64,000 nucleotides of DNA from Minisyncoccia bacterium (GTDB lineage: Bacteria; Patescibacteriota; Minisyncoccia; Phycocordibacterales; Zambryskibacteraceae). A program made the translations under genes and the position numbers. Positions 1 through 8,647 of this stretch are shown here, in pieces; the first letter of the stretch is position 1, and every line of letters starts with the position of its first letter. The notes below the pieces were generated by a model. That model saw only the letters and a list, made by a program, of their open reading frames with translations, did no database searches and was not told where the DNA came from. The stretch is from positions 1,379 to 65,378 of the forward strand of contig JBGTNQ010000012.1 of the NCBI GenBank assembly GCA_041742965.1, given 5' to 3'.

Positions 1-229
1 GAAAATCAGCTTCAAAATACCAATTGCCCCTTGCTTCTCCAGTAATCCTAAGTGGGCTAGACACAACAGCATTTTGTTTAGGGCCAAAAACACGAATGAG
101 GTCTTTATACTCGGTTATCTCTCCTTCAACAATACCGTTGTTCCCAGCATCTCCTCTAAAGAAGAACAAAGCCCATGCCCCAAGGGCGATTAGCAATATT
201 ACGACTATTATAATGAGTGCGTTTTTCAT
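1..229 (-). CDS. Partial (runs off window) membrane-anchored protein, likely Gmad2 immunoglobulin-like domain
   Basis: Manual translation MKNALIIIVVILLIALGAWALFFF...SSPLRITGEARGNWYFEADF: N-terminal TM helix plus the GxARGxWxFEA motif. Confidence 0.7.
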   Translation of the reverse strand, partial: MKNALIIIVVILLIALGAWALFFFRGDAGNNGIVEGEITEYKDLIRVFGPKQNAVVSSPLRITGEARGNWYFEADF

Positions 230-252
230 AAAAATAAAGCAAGCTCTTTCAT

Positions 253-1026
253 CTATCTAAACACAACGGAACCACTATCAAACTTAAGGCCTAGCACTAG
301 CTCTCCGCGTGAAGTGAAGTGGTAGCTAGATGTGTTGGTGAGAAGCCCTGAAAATTCTGATTCATTAGACCCCTCACAGTACATTAAAGTCTGTACGATT
401 TCAGAGAAAACGATTAGACCATCTGTACCGACTGAGTAGTTGCCACCCATGCCGTTACAGTCGGTCGTCGCAGAAAATGTGCCATTATTGTTGAAGGTGA
501 TTGTGAATGCACCCGCAGTACTTGGCACTACCTCCCTTCCATCATTGTAAAGCGCCGATATCCAGGTCCAGCTTTTCATATCAAGTGTCATCCGAGAAGG
601 ATCTGCTTCGCCTTCAAAATTTTCCACTACCACACCCTTAGTTTGCAAATAGTGGTAAGGAGAATCACACGGCACGATAGAGCCGTCTTCTCCTACAACT
701 CCTCGCACCTCTATAATGTCACCAGATTTTAAAAGATAAACATCGCCAATTTTGTTGCTCTGATATGCAGGACAAAGTGGAAGCCCCATAGAAGGTATGG
801 CTATTGTTGAGAGCTTTCCACCATCCCCTTCCAAAATTATAAGTGCCGGACCATCAAAAGCAACTTGGTTTGTGTCAACAGCGAGCACTCTTCCAGACCT
901 CTCCACAGTCTCTCCCGCCACAAAACCAGCCTGTTTTTCCTGATAAATATAGCTGTTAAACAAAAAGAAACCTCCGACAAGAACGAGTGCAACTACTAAC
1001 AAATAAATTATTTTTTGATTTTTCAT
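253..1026 (-). CDS. Membrane-anchored META (HslJ-like) domain protein
   Basis: N-terminal TM; C-terminal TDCNGMGGNY...TLMYC pattern typical of the META domain. Confidence 0.75.
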   Translation of the reverse strand: MKNQKIIYLLVVALVLVGGFFLFNSYIYQEKQAGFVAGETVERSGRVLAVDTNQVAFDGPALIILEGDGGKLSTIAIPSMGLPLCPAYQSNKIGDVYLLKSGDIIEVRGVVGEDGSIVPCDSPYHYLQTKGVVVENFEGEADPSRMTLDMKSWTWISALYNDGREVVPSTAGAFTITFNNNGTFSATTDCNGMGGNYSVGTDGLIVFSEIVQTLMYCEGSNESEFSGLLTNTSSYHFTSRGELVLGLKFDSGSVVFR

Positions 1027-1035
1027 AAAAGGTTT

Positions 1036-1061
1036 GACGATTCAACCTATAAATAATTACA
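1036..1061 (-). promoter_or_regulatory. Candidate ECF sigma promoter TGTAAT-N16-CGTC
   Basis: Exact 16-nt spacing just upstream of the META gene; same pattern at 1749, 33406 and 35872. Confidence 0.5.
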
Positions 1062-1154
1062 TAAAAACACCTAACCTTAAATGGCCGTGTATTTATCTAC
1101 CTCTCGGTTGATGAAAACCGTTGAAGTGTCCCAATGTTATTTTATGCAATTTTA

Positions 1155-1508
1155 TTATTCCTGTTCTTCCAATTTGACAGCGGCTTCAGGAGTAGAGACC
1201 GTCTTGCCCATTAGGAACATTTTGATAATCCCCCAAGCAATGAGCCAGTAAACGAGCATCGCCAGAAGCGTGGTCCATTCAAATATACTGCCTTCTACTC
1301 TAGTTATTCTAAAAACATTTAGAAAAGGGGCGACAAAAATATAAGTTGTGCCGTAGATAAAATCAGTAAAGCCAGCGCCCGGATTTGCACCCAACAACTT
1401 TAGTAGAAAACGAAATGCCAACAATGCTTCAAGGAGGCCGATGACATACCAGACGATTTGAGTACCACGAAAAATCGGTTTCGTGGTTGGAGAATTATAT
1501 GAATCCAT
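1155..1508 (-). CDS. YggT-like membrane protein
   Basis: LLAFRFLLKLLGANP...FVAPF pattern with 2-3 TM helices. Confidence 0.7.
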   Translation of the reverse strand: MDSYNSPTTKPIFRGTQIVWYVIGLLEALLAFRFLLKLLGANPGAGFTDFIYGTTYIFVAPFLNVFRITRVEGSIFEWTTLLAMLVYWLIAWGIIKMFLMGKTVSTPEAAVKLEEQE

Positions 1509-1541
1509 ATTTTTTATACCTAATTATTTAATAAACTAAAT

Positions 1542-1694
1542 TTACTTTAATACATTTTTTCCACTAATAACGTTAACCAAAAAAATGATGACAGCTACAA
1601 CGAGGAGAATGTGAATAAGTCCCCCCAGTGTATAAGATGTCACCAAGCCTAGTGCCCATAAAACCAACAAAACGATTGCAATGGTTGTAAGCAT
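1542..1694 (-). CDS. Small lmo0937-family (DUF5670-like) membrane protein, 50 aa
   Basis: Manual translation MLTTIAIVLLVLWALGLVTSYTLGGLIHILLVVAVIIFLVNVISGKNVLK; below the ORF-track cutoff. Confidence 0.8.
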   Translation of the reverse strand: MLTTIAIVLLVLWALGLVTSYTLGGLIHILLVVAVIIFLVNVISGKNVLK

Positions 1695-1748
1695 ATTGTT
1701 TAAATATTTTTTAATTTTATAATTTGACCAATCAGCCCTGTAATATAA

Positions 1749-1774
1749 GACGCGGATGGATAGTTTTTATTTCA
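1749..1774 (-). promoter_or_regulatory. Candidate ECF sigma promoter TGAAAT-N16-CGTC
   Basis: 16-nt spacing; upstream of the lmo0937-like/yggT genes. Confidence 0.5.
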
Positions 1775-1878
1775 ATAATCTCCAAATGGCCGTCAGTCCA
1801 ACACTAACGGCCCTTTTTCACATTCAAATTTACCTAGAGACACCCTCAAATATTATCTGGGTATTTCGTATTACCGTG

Positions 1879-1996
1879 AGCAAAGACTGACAAGCGACAG
1901 GGGCCGTGAGGGGCGAAAAAGAATAGTACCCAACCACACTTCTCCTCACATATCTGCACCTTTTACTGTTGAAGCAGAATCCTTTTTAAGAGATTT
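1879..1996. repeat. Direct repeat copy 1 (101 bp identical to 7034..7134, extends to about 118 bp with 2 mismatches)
   Basis: Base-by-base comparison with 7034..7151. Confidence 0.95.
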
Positions 1997-2389
1997 GAAA
2001 ATAATTAAAATTAAAGAAATTAATGTATACAAGATTGTCAGTAAAAAAATAACTGTGCCCTTTGTTATTGGAATAAAGTCCATCCCATGTGTTCTTGTTG
2101 GCAAAAAAGCAATAATTATCAAAGAGATAGGGACCATCCATATGGAAAAATTTCTCCAAGTTGTAAAAGTAGAATCTTTCAACTTATAAGTTATTACTGA
2201 GAAAATAAAAACTGAAATAAAAATGTAAGTAAAGCTTACTATTAAATCGCTGGTATAATAGCATTTACTTGCATAGTTAAAACAAATTCCAATATCTACA
2301 CTAAACATTGAAACCATATTGACTATAAAAAAAAGAAACGAAAAAAGAAACATCCGCTTCTTTGTAAACCACTCACCAACTTTATTCAT
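1946..2389 (-). CDS. Hypothetical 4-TM membrane protein
   Basis: 147 aa hydrophobic ORF directly downstream of the lipase-like gene; its C-terminus is encoded in the direct repeat. Confidence 0.7.
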   Translation of the reverse strand: MNKVGEWFTKKRMFLFSFLFFIVNMVSMFSVDIGICFNYASKCYYTSDLIVSFTYIFISVFIFSVITYKLKDSTFTTWRNFSIWMVPISLIIIAFLPTRTHGMDFIPITKGTVIFLLTILYTLISLILIIFKSLKKDSASTVKGADM

Positions 2390-2427
2390 AATTTAATTAT
2401 CTAATAATTTATTTTAAATATCAACCA

Positions 2428-5187
2428 CTACTTTAGCCCCACTGTTACAGAATAAACATTTCCATCATCTAGTTTCATAGAGAGTTTATACCAATAACCA
2501 AAAGCTAATCCCTTGGTACTCCAGTTGTAGATATACTGTTGGCTGGTAGTGTCCCATCTAAATTCTGTCCCCGTAGAAGCTTGCGAATTGTATGTAGATT
2601 CATCTATTGATGCACTCATCTTACTTCCCTTTTGTGGTGTAAGCCAAACTGGTGTCGAACTTGCTTGCACTATAACACCATCAAGATTTTTCAATTGAAA
2701 CTTTATAGGTATGGTACTTCCTCCCTTAAAGACACTCCGCGCTTGCTCTGAATGATAGGCCGTATCATTTATGGGTTGCAGGAATCCAGAAAACGCATAG
2801 TACGGTGCAAGAACCACTTCGCCCAATTTTGCATTTAAGTTTATATCACTGATTCCATCTCCATTTTTATCAATTTGAAGCACAGAACTTCCTACTTCAA
2901 ATCCTTCAGATATGTCCATTGTTGCTACTGTGGAAGTGGAAGAAGGTATGCCCTCAAATGAAGTGGAGTCAGTTATTGTATTTCCTTCCTGCTTATCTAC
3001 ATCAAGCGAGAAACTACCTTTTTCAAGACCTTGCATTTTGAGAGTATACGCGACACCAACAGGAACTGAAAGAAATTGCACTTCACCTATTTGTTTATAA
3101 GTAACATTTGGAATTTCTTCTCTAGTTTGCTTAGTTGCTGGATCTTGTCCTGTGTACCTTCCTTGTGTATCAATAATGCCAAGAGTTAGAGGGGAATGTA
3201 GAGTGTAGTGGAGACGTTCCCGGTCTGACACTAAAGTCGAAGTATTATTCACGACAATATTAGTAAGATTAATGAAACCTTCGCCTTTAATTTTAGATTT
3301 AATAAAATCACGAAGGTCCAATACTTCTAAAATATCTTTGTGGTTTGTTCTAAATCGGTCATTTCCGTTATACTGAGCTAAATCCACCCACCACCTCTCC
3401 ACATTTGGATTAGTATCCGACATCCATAAAGCGCTTGGTACGACAACCGTAGCATCACCATCAATTACCATGCGAGGTTTATAAGAAGCATATTCACCTC
3501 CAAGGAATTTCTTTTTCACTACATAATCTAATCCTGCAAGAGTCTCCTCTCCCCAACCCGCTACTTGTATCACTTTAGTATCTGGTGGCGGTACCCAATT
3601 GTCTAATACTTGATGCACTACTTCTGCTTGTAAATATAATTCGCTATTCCCGATGTTTGTACGTACAGTATCTTCATATGTTGGCTTCGTTCTTCCGTCG
3701 GTACCTAAAACATAATTTTTAAGCTCAGTCTCGTTTGAGACAAATACTCCGTATTGTGAAGTTTGTGGATCAAAAAATGGCTTGTTTTCAAAGGATACTA
3801 TCTTGCCTACCGCGAAAGCCGGATCAACTGTATTAAAATACCCCGCAGAAGGTAATAGGTTATACATAACCGGCATATTTTCGGATAACTGCCTAGATCT
3901 TTTTTTGTCCATCAAGAAACCAAATGGGCCGATATTAGTTCCGTGAAGTATGTTTGCCACAGCTTCCGGTGTACCGACTTGTGGCACGCCGACAAAAATT
4001 ATTCTGTCTATTTGATCATAAAGAGGATTGCTTGTATCTTTTAACTTTTGAATTAATGCCTTTGTGACCAATCCTCCGTTTGAGTGCGCAATAATTGTTA
4101 TTTTCCCAGTCCTAGAGCTTGCTTGAAGTTCTTCCAATTTTTTTAGAATAAAAGATTCTGAAAAATCCTGTTCTTCTGTATAAGATAAATTATCTCCAGA
4201 TACTTTGCCGTTGGTAACAATATCTTCTAGTGAAAGTCGCCAGTCGTAGGGTATAAAAGCATAATCATTTATGATTTCTTCCACATCTTTCCATTTTCTT
4301 AAGTCCTCAATGAATGATTGATAAATATTGGGATTGGGTAAAAGAGAGAGGTCAATGTTATCGACGATGCCAGCCTCATTTCCTTCGTCACTCACCCTCT
4401 GTGTATCGTTTTTAGTATGAATGTTATGAATGCTGTCCCCCTGATCATTTAAGCTAAGTAGGGAGTGCCTCGCGTCATTTTTGGAAACCCATAATTCATC
4501 ATCTGTAGAATTATATAACCTAGACCCCATAATCCCCGGCAGGAACATAACACTTGAGCAACACTCTACTAATTCTGTTCTATACCCAATGGCATATAGA
4601 GCTGACTGATTGTTGAAACAACCCGCGGAAGTTTTATCAGGAAACCAAGCGCAAGAAGTGTTTCCTGGAATGGGATCTCGATTTGGAAAACGGAACATAA
4701 TACCCAGATGCGTATCTAATATTTCTGGATCAAAAGTATCCGCCCCATATACGAAAGCATAAGCTGATCCTGATACAAGTAAATAATCTTCAAAAAAGAA
4801 TGAGATATTATTTGGGGCGCCACGATTTAACTCGGCCCAACTAAACGTATTTATGGAACACTGAATTAGAGTGTCGAGACGATCAAGGTTATCCAGGGTG
4901 TATAGACAGAATTGTATCGGTGGAATGTCTGGAAAACCTTCTGGGCCTGAGTTGTCAGCATAGACGACGGCTTCCATTACATTAAAAGTGAAGTCTGATT
5001 CTGGAATAAGTCTCATCCCTTTGTAAGAAAGGACTTTATTGGGGCGATCACCACTAAGATTAGAGAAGGTTACATTTCTAAAGTCGAAAAGATAGGTGGT
5101 GTCTTCAGCTTGAACATTCGTCAGACCAATTAAAAAAAGAAGCGTTAAGATAATGTAGGTCTGAGGAACTTTAGTAAAAAATTTCAT
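2428..5187 (-). CDS. Large secreted alpha/beta-hydrolase (LCAT/PGAP1 lipase-like) with C-terminal PxKF domain
   Basis: Signal peptide; motifs FLPGIMGS, PYDWR, AHSNGG (nucleophile elbow), DGDATV; C-terminal PIKF...QYIYNW. Confidence 0.75.
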   Translation of the reverse strand: MKFFTKVPQTYIILTLLFLIGLTNVQAEDTTYLFDFRNVTFSNLSGDRPNKVLSYKGMRLIPESDFTFNVMEAVVYADNSGPEGFPDIPPIQFCLYTLDNLDRLDTLIQCSINTFSWAELNRGAPNNISFFFEDYLLVSGSAYAFVYGADTFDPEILDTHLGIMFRFPNRDPIPGNTSCAWFPDKTSAGCFNNQSALYAIGYRTELVECCSSVMFLPGIMGSRLYNSTDDELWVSKNDARHSLLSLNDQGDSIHNIHTKNDTQRVSDEGNEAGIVDNIDLSLLPNPNIYQSFIEDLRKWKDVEEIINDYAFIPYDWRLSLEDIVTNGKVSGDNLSYTEEQDFSESFILKKLEELQASSRTGKITIIAHSNGGLVTKALIQKLKDTSNPLYDQIDRIIFVGVPQVGTPEAVANILHGTNIGPFGFLMDKKRSRQLSENMPVMYNLLPSAGYFNTVDPAFAVGKIVSFENKPFFDPQTSQYGVFVSNETELKNYVLGTDGRTKPTYEDTVRTNIGNSELYLQAEVVHQVLDNWVPPPDTKVIQVAGWGEETLAGLDYVVKKKFLGGEYASYKPRMVIDGDATVVVPSALWMSDTNPNVERWWVDLAQYNGNDRFRTNHKDILEVLDLRDFIKSKIKGEGFINLTNIVVNNTSTLVSDRERLHYTLHSPLTLGIIDTQGRYTGQDPATKQTREEIPNVTYKQIGEVQFLSVPVGVAYTLKMQGLEKGSFSLDVDKQEGNTITDSTSFEGIPSSTSTVATMDISEGFEVGSSVLQIDKNGDGISDINLNAKLGEVVLAPYYAFSGFLQPINDTAYHSEQARSVFKGGSTIPIKFQLKNLDGVIVQASSTPVWLTPQKGSKMSASIDESTYNSQASTGTEFRWDTTSQQYIYNWSTKGLAFGYWYKLSMKLDDGNVYSVTVGLK

Positions 5188-5352
5188 TATTACGATGTTA
5201 CGTTAATAATGGATAGGATAATGGGGTCAACCACTATTCTTTTTTGGCATACAGAAATGGCGGCTGACCACATTTCCTTAAATCTTATAATAAAAAATAA
5301 CATCTCCCCGTTAATCTGACAACACTAGCTTGTAGATAGGTAAAATCTCTTC

Positions 5353-5631
5353 TTATTGCAGTCTTTTGCAAAACATTAGAATATCCTTTCCGCGAGGAGT
5401 GAGTTTGTGGCGAACACTCGGGCCATCACTCCTCTTCAAGACGAGACCGGCAATTGCCAGTTTTCGCACATGGTCAGAAGCATTCTCGTACCCAATATGC
5501 AAACGCTCGGAAATATCATCCACCGAAAGCTCTGGCTCTCTAAGTAAGAGATCGAGAATTTCAATACGGCGATGGTTTGCAAAGCCTTTCACAATTCGTT
5601 CTGTTTTGCGATAGTTTATTTTTTCCTTCAT
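5353..5631 (-). CDS. ArsR/SmtB-family winged-helix transcriptional regulator
   Basis: FANHRRIEILDLL...ASDHVRKLAIAGLV helix-turn-helix pattern. Confidence 0.85.
   Translation of the reverse strand: MKEKINYRKTERIVKGFANHRRIEILDLLLREPELSVDDISERLHIGYENASDHVRKLAIAGLVLKRSDGPSVRHKLTPRGKDILMFCKRLQ
5354..5382. repeat. 29-bp repeat copy 1 (core TATTGCAGTCTTTTGCAAAA)
   Basis: 20-bp core identical at 5354, 5672 and 6970. Confidence 0.9.
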
Positions 5632-5671
5632 ATTTTTACATTTTTACAATTCTATTTTTATGATATCAGAC

Positions 5672-5700
5672 TATTGCAGTCTTTTGCAAAATACTAGAAT
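5672..5700. repeat. 29-bp repeat copy 2
   Basis: Lies between metK and arsR; contains the metK stop codon. Confidence 0.9.
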
Positions 5701-6626
5701 GAAGAATGTTGGCTGAAATGACCCCAGTTAGAGGTGTCTTTGAACTTAACTTCATCCAATTTTAAATACTCCCGTATCCCACTTGGGCTAAGGTCATAAT
5801 CATTAATTTCTCTTTCTACCCCATCAATAATAGCCACGGCCATAACCGGCTTACTTTTGCCTATAGCATAAGCAAGTTTTGTATAGACTTCTTTTGCATT
5901 ATGTTTATTCAATAAATCAACAGCAATTCTCCGAGCCATATATGCGCCACTTCTATCTACTTTTGTATAATCTTTTCCAGAAAAAGAACCTCCACCAATT
6001 GGTATTTCGGGGCCATAATTATCTATTACCAGTTTCCTACCTGAAAGTCCTGTATCACTATCAAATCCGCCCAAGGACCATTCGCCAGATGGGTTGATAA
6101 GATACTCATCTGCTGAAATATTACTTTTTACAAGACCGAGCAATTCACTACTTTTTGTATTTTGAAAACTTGCGACGACCGTCGTCACTTTCCCAGCCTT
6201 TATGGTAACTTGAGTTTTGCCATCATAGGGATATATGGCAAATATTTTTTTACACAAGTCTCTAGCCAGAACATATTCAAGCGGTAAGTACTCTTTCGTT
6301 TCATTCGTAGCATAACCTTTCATTATTCCCTGATCTCCAGCGCCACCACTGTCTACTCCTTGCTTTATTGTAGTGCTTTGTAAAGCTATGCTTTTTATAA
6401 CCTTATAATTTTCACCCACAATACCATGCACAATATTTTCAATATTTGGTTTTGATTTTGAAGTCACCTCACCATTTATTGTTATCAAATTATGCCCACC
6501 CATTACTTCTATCGCCACACGACTTTCTTTGTCCCCTTCTAAATATGCGTCGAGTATACTGTCTGCAATAAAATCACAGATTTTATCTGGATGCATTGGG
6601 CTCACGAATTCACATGTTTTTTCCAT
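5694..6626 (-). CDS. metK: S-adenosylmethionine synthetase (compact form)
   Basis: HPDKICD, GAGDQG and GGGSFSGKD.TKVDRS signature motifs. Confidence 0.95.
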   Translation of the reverse strand: MEKTCEFVSPMHPDKICDFIADSILDAYLEGDKESRVAIEVMGGHNLITINGEVTSKSKPNIENIVHGIVGENYKVIKSIALQSTTIKQGVDSGGAGDQGIMKGYATNETKEYLPLEYVLARDLCKKIFAIYPYDGKTQVTIKAGKVTTVVASFQNTKSSELLGLVKSNISADEYLINPSGEWSLGGFDSDTGLSGRKLVIDNYGPEIPIGGGSFSGKDYTKVDRSGAYMARRIAVDLLNKHNAKEVYTKLAYAIGKSKPVMAVAIIDGVEREINDYDLSPSGIREYLKLDEVKFKDTSNWGHFSQHSSF

Positions 6627-6636
6627 AAAAACTAAA

Positions 6637-6835
6637 AATTCCTCTAATAAGAGGAAAGATTTTTTCTGCGTGGACTAGACGCAAGACATATCTTTCCTTC
6701 CGCCTAGGGCGGATGGTTGGATTTAGCACCTCAGCAAAATTGCTTTTTGATAGGTTGCTGTGGGGTCCACGAGCCAAATCTCGCTCTCCGTCCGTAGTTA
6801 CTACGAAGGAGGATACCTCCACTCTTGATCGAACT
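6637..6835 (-). ncRNA. SAM riboswitch (SAM-I superfamily, probably SAM-I/IV variant) with terminator
   Basis: Minus strand reads ATCAAGAG...CAGCAACC...GGTGCTAAATCC...GGAAAGAT, then a 3' hairpin GCGTCTAGTCCACGC and TTCCTCT-TATT-AGAGGAA-TTTTT; directly upstream of metK. Confidence 0.8.
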
Positions 6836-6969
6836 ATTCAATTGTCGAACACTGGCATTATATCACATTTCCAACCATCAATCCGAAATGTCCGGTCGCG
6901 GTAGGTGAAATCGGACAAGACCCGCCTCCGCCAGTTGGCGGAGGCGGGCGGGTAAAGTCACACTTTTCT

Positions 6970-6998
6970 TATTGCAGTCTTTTGCAAAACACTAGAAT
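6970..6998. repeat. 29-bp repeat copy 3
   Basis: Same core as 5354 and 5672. Confidence 0.9.
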
Positions 6999-7033
6999 AA
7001 AGAACGGGGGTTGTCGGGAAGTTGTATGACCGT

Positions 7034-7151
7034 AGCAAAGACTGACAAGCGACAGGGGCCGTGAGGGGCGAAAAAGAATAGTACCCAACCACACTTCTCC
7101 TCACATATCTGCACCTTTTACTGTTGAAGCAGAAACTTTTTTAAGAGATTT
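7034..7151. repeat. Direct repeat copy 2 of 1879..1996
   Basis: Base-by-base comparison. Confidence 0.95.
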
Positions 7152-7225
7152 ATGGATGATAAAAATAAGAGAGAAAATAGCATAGGCAATTAAAATTCCT
7201 ATAGCAATCAGATCTTTTTGTATAT
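7101..7225 (-). pseudogene. C-terminal remnant of a paralog of the 1946..2389 membrane protein
   Basis: IQKDLIAIGILIAYAIFSLIFIIHKSLKKVSASTVKGADM aligns with ITKGTVIFLLTILYTLISLILIIFKSLKKDSASTVKGADM; no credible N-terminus. Confidence 0.6.
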
Positions 7226-7354
7226 GAAAAAATCCGTCTCCTGCATACCCACGCCCTCGTTTTGGAGGCGGGGTGGAATTATTTTTAAAAAAGAAATCGC
7301 GCAGTGCTTTTGGCACTGCGCGAAGACCTCGAGTCCGACATGAATTCGGAAAGA

Positions 7355-7564
7355 CTACCACGGCATCTTGATCTTGCCGATCTGGGTCTCTCCACCCAGA
7401 ACGGTACCGTCTCCGGAGATGCGAGTCTTGTCGACTCCACCGGGAATGCCCCGCATGAAGTCAAAGTGACCCCCACCGTGAGACGGATTGTTCAGGTCGT
7501 TGTGGATCTTGCTGTTCGGATCCGAAAACGGAAACGACCCGCCAAGATTTGGGATCTTGCCATC
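7355..7564 (-). CDS. Small hypothetical protein (GC-richer orphan, 69 aa from MDGKIP)
   Basis: SD GGAGGT upstream of ATG; TTGACC-N17-TAATCT promoter at 7644..7616; hairpins downstream. Confidence 0.65.
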   Translation of the reverse strand, partial: DGKIPNLGGSFPFSDPNSKIHNDLNNPSHGGGHFDFMRGIPGGVDKTRISGDGTVLGGETQIGKIKMPW

Positions 7565-7729
7565 CATTTTTCTCACCTCCTTTCCTGTGTAAAAATGTAG
7601 AACTGCTCTATTTAAAGATTAGCCAAAAGTAGTCTTGAGGTCAAGTACCCTCCTAAAAAAATCCAATATAATGAACAGCCCATCACCAGACGACCTTTAG
7701 GGGCTTGTTTATTAGTGTAAAATAGAGTT

Positions 7730-8125
7730 ATGAATACTTCTTCTTGGTATGAGACATTGGTGAGACCTGAGTGGGCGCCTCCGGCGTGGATATTCGGTCC
7801 CGTGTGGAGTGTGCTCTACATAATTATCGCCATCTCCTTCGGTGTGGTGTTTTATAAAATATGGAAAAAGGAGCTCCCCCATTGGATAGCATTACCTTTT
7901 CTCCTCAACTTATTCTTCAACCTCATCTTCAGCCCAATTCAGTTTGGTTTACAAAATAATCTCCTCGCTTCTTTAGATATTATTCTTGTGCTTGCAACTC
8001 TCATCTGGAGTATGGGTGCTGTTTGGAAGAGAGTGAAGTGGGTGGCTCTGGTCAATATTCCCTACCTCCTCTGGGTTTCTTTCGCTACGGTCCTTCAGCT
8101 GACTATTACTTATCTTAATTTTTAG
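7730..8125 (+). CDS. tspO: TspO/MBR family tryptophan-rich sensory protein
   Basis: WYETLVRPEWAPPAWIFGPVW and PYLLWVSFATVL motifs. Confidence 0.92.
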   Translation: MNTSSWYETLVRPEWAPPAWIFGPVWSVLYIIIAISFGVVFYKIWKKELPHWIALPFLLNLFFNLIFSPIQFGLQNNLLASLDIILVLATLIWSMGAVWKRVKWVALVNIPYLLWVSFATVLQLTITYLNF

Positions 8126-8176
8126 ATTGATTCATTCGGTAGACAAATACTCTCTCAATCTAAAATACCAAATAGT

Positions 8177-8575
8177 TTAATTGAAGTTAACTTTAAAACT
8201 ATACATACCCATACTGCAGGTTCCTTGTAGTGGAGTGCCCTCTTCTGGTGTGCCTAAATCAATAGTCTCTTCTCCGGTCTGAGATAAAACTTTTTGATAA
8301 CCTATTGATCGAATAACCAATGCTAATGAACAGTCAAAAGTGCTGTCCGTTTTGATAACTAATTTTGTAGGAATTCCTGCTTTCGCTGTAGAGACACTGG
8401 GAGAATAACCCCCTTTGGCTTCTATCGTCACATACTGAATACCGTCTATTATTTCTACATTCTGAATCTGCGCCACTTGTTTTGAACCACCAAAGAAAAT
8501 AATGCCTATACTGATGGCAAGTCCGAGTGTGACGATAATTGAAGCGATCTTATTCATCCCGTTAGAAATTTTCAT
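8177..8575 (-). CDS. Cupredoxin-like domain protein (start may be 8557, MNKIAS)
   Basis: GGYSP...C and C-terminal CSMGMY copper motif. Confidence 0.8.
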   Translation of the reverse strand: MKISNGMNKIASIIVTLGLAISIGIIFFGGSKQVAQIQNVEIIDGIQYVTIEAKGGYSPSVSTAKAGIPTKLVIKTDSTFDCSLALVIRSIGYQKVLSQTGEETIDLGTPEEGTPLQGTCSMGMYSFKVNFN

Positions 8576-8635
8576 AAATAATTTTGATAGTTAATTTATA
8601 CCATGAAACAGGTATTCTGCTATTTCTAACGGGAT
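8556..8635. mobile_element. MITE-like element with 14-bp terminal inverted repeats ATCCCGTTAGAAAT/ATTTCTAACGGGAT
   Basis: Perfect 14-bp inverted repeat; same family as the insert in alr at 31241..31323. Confidence 0.6.
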
Positions 8636-8647
8636 TCATAAAACAAA

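Noticed and set aside
7101-7361. 86-aa ORF as an intact gene
   Set aside because: Its N-terminal half runs through terminator hairpins; only the C-terminal part resembles the 1946..2389 protein, so it is treated as a remnant.
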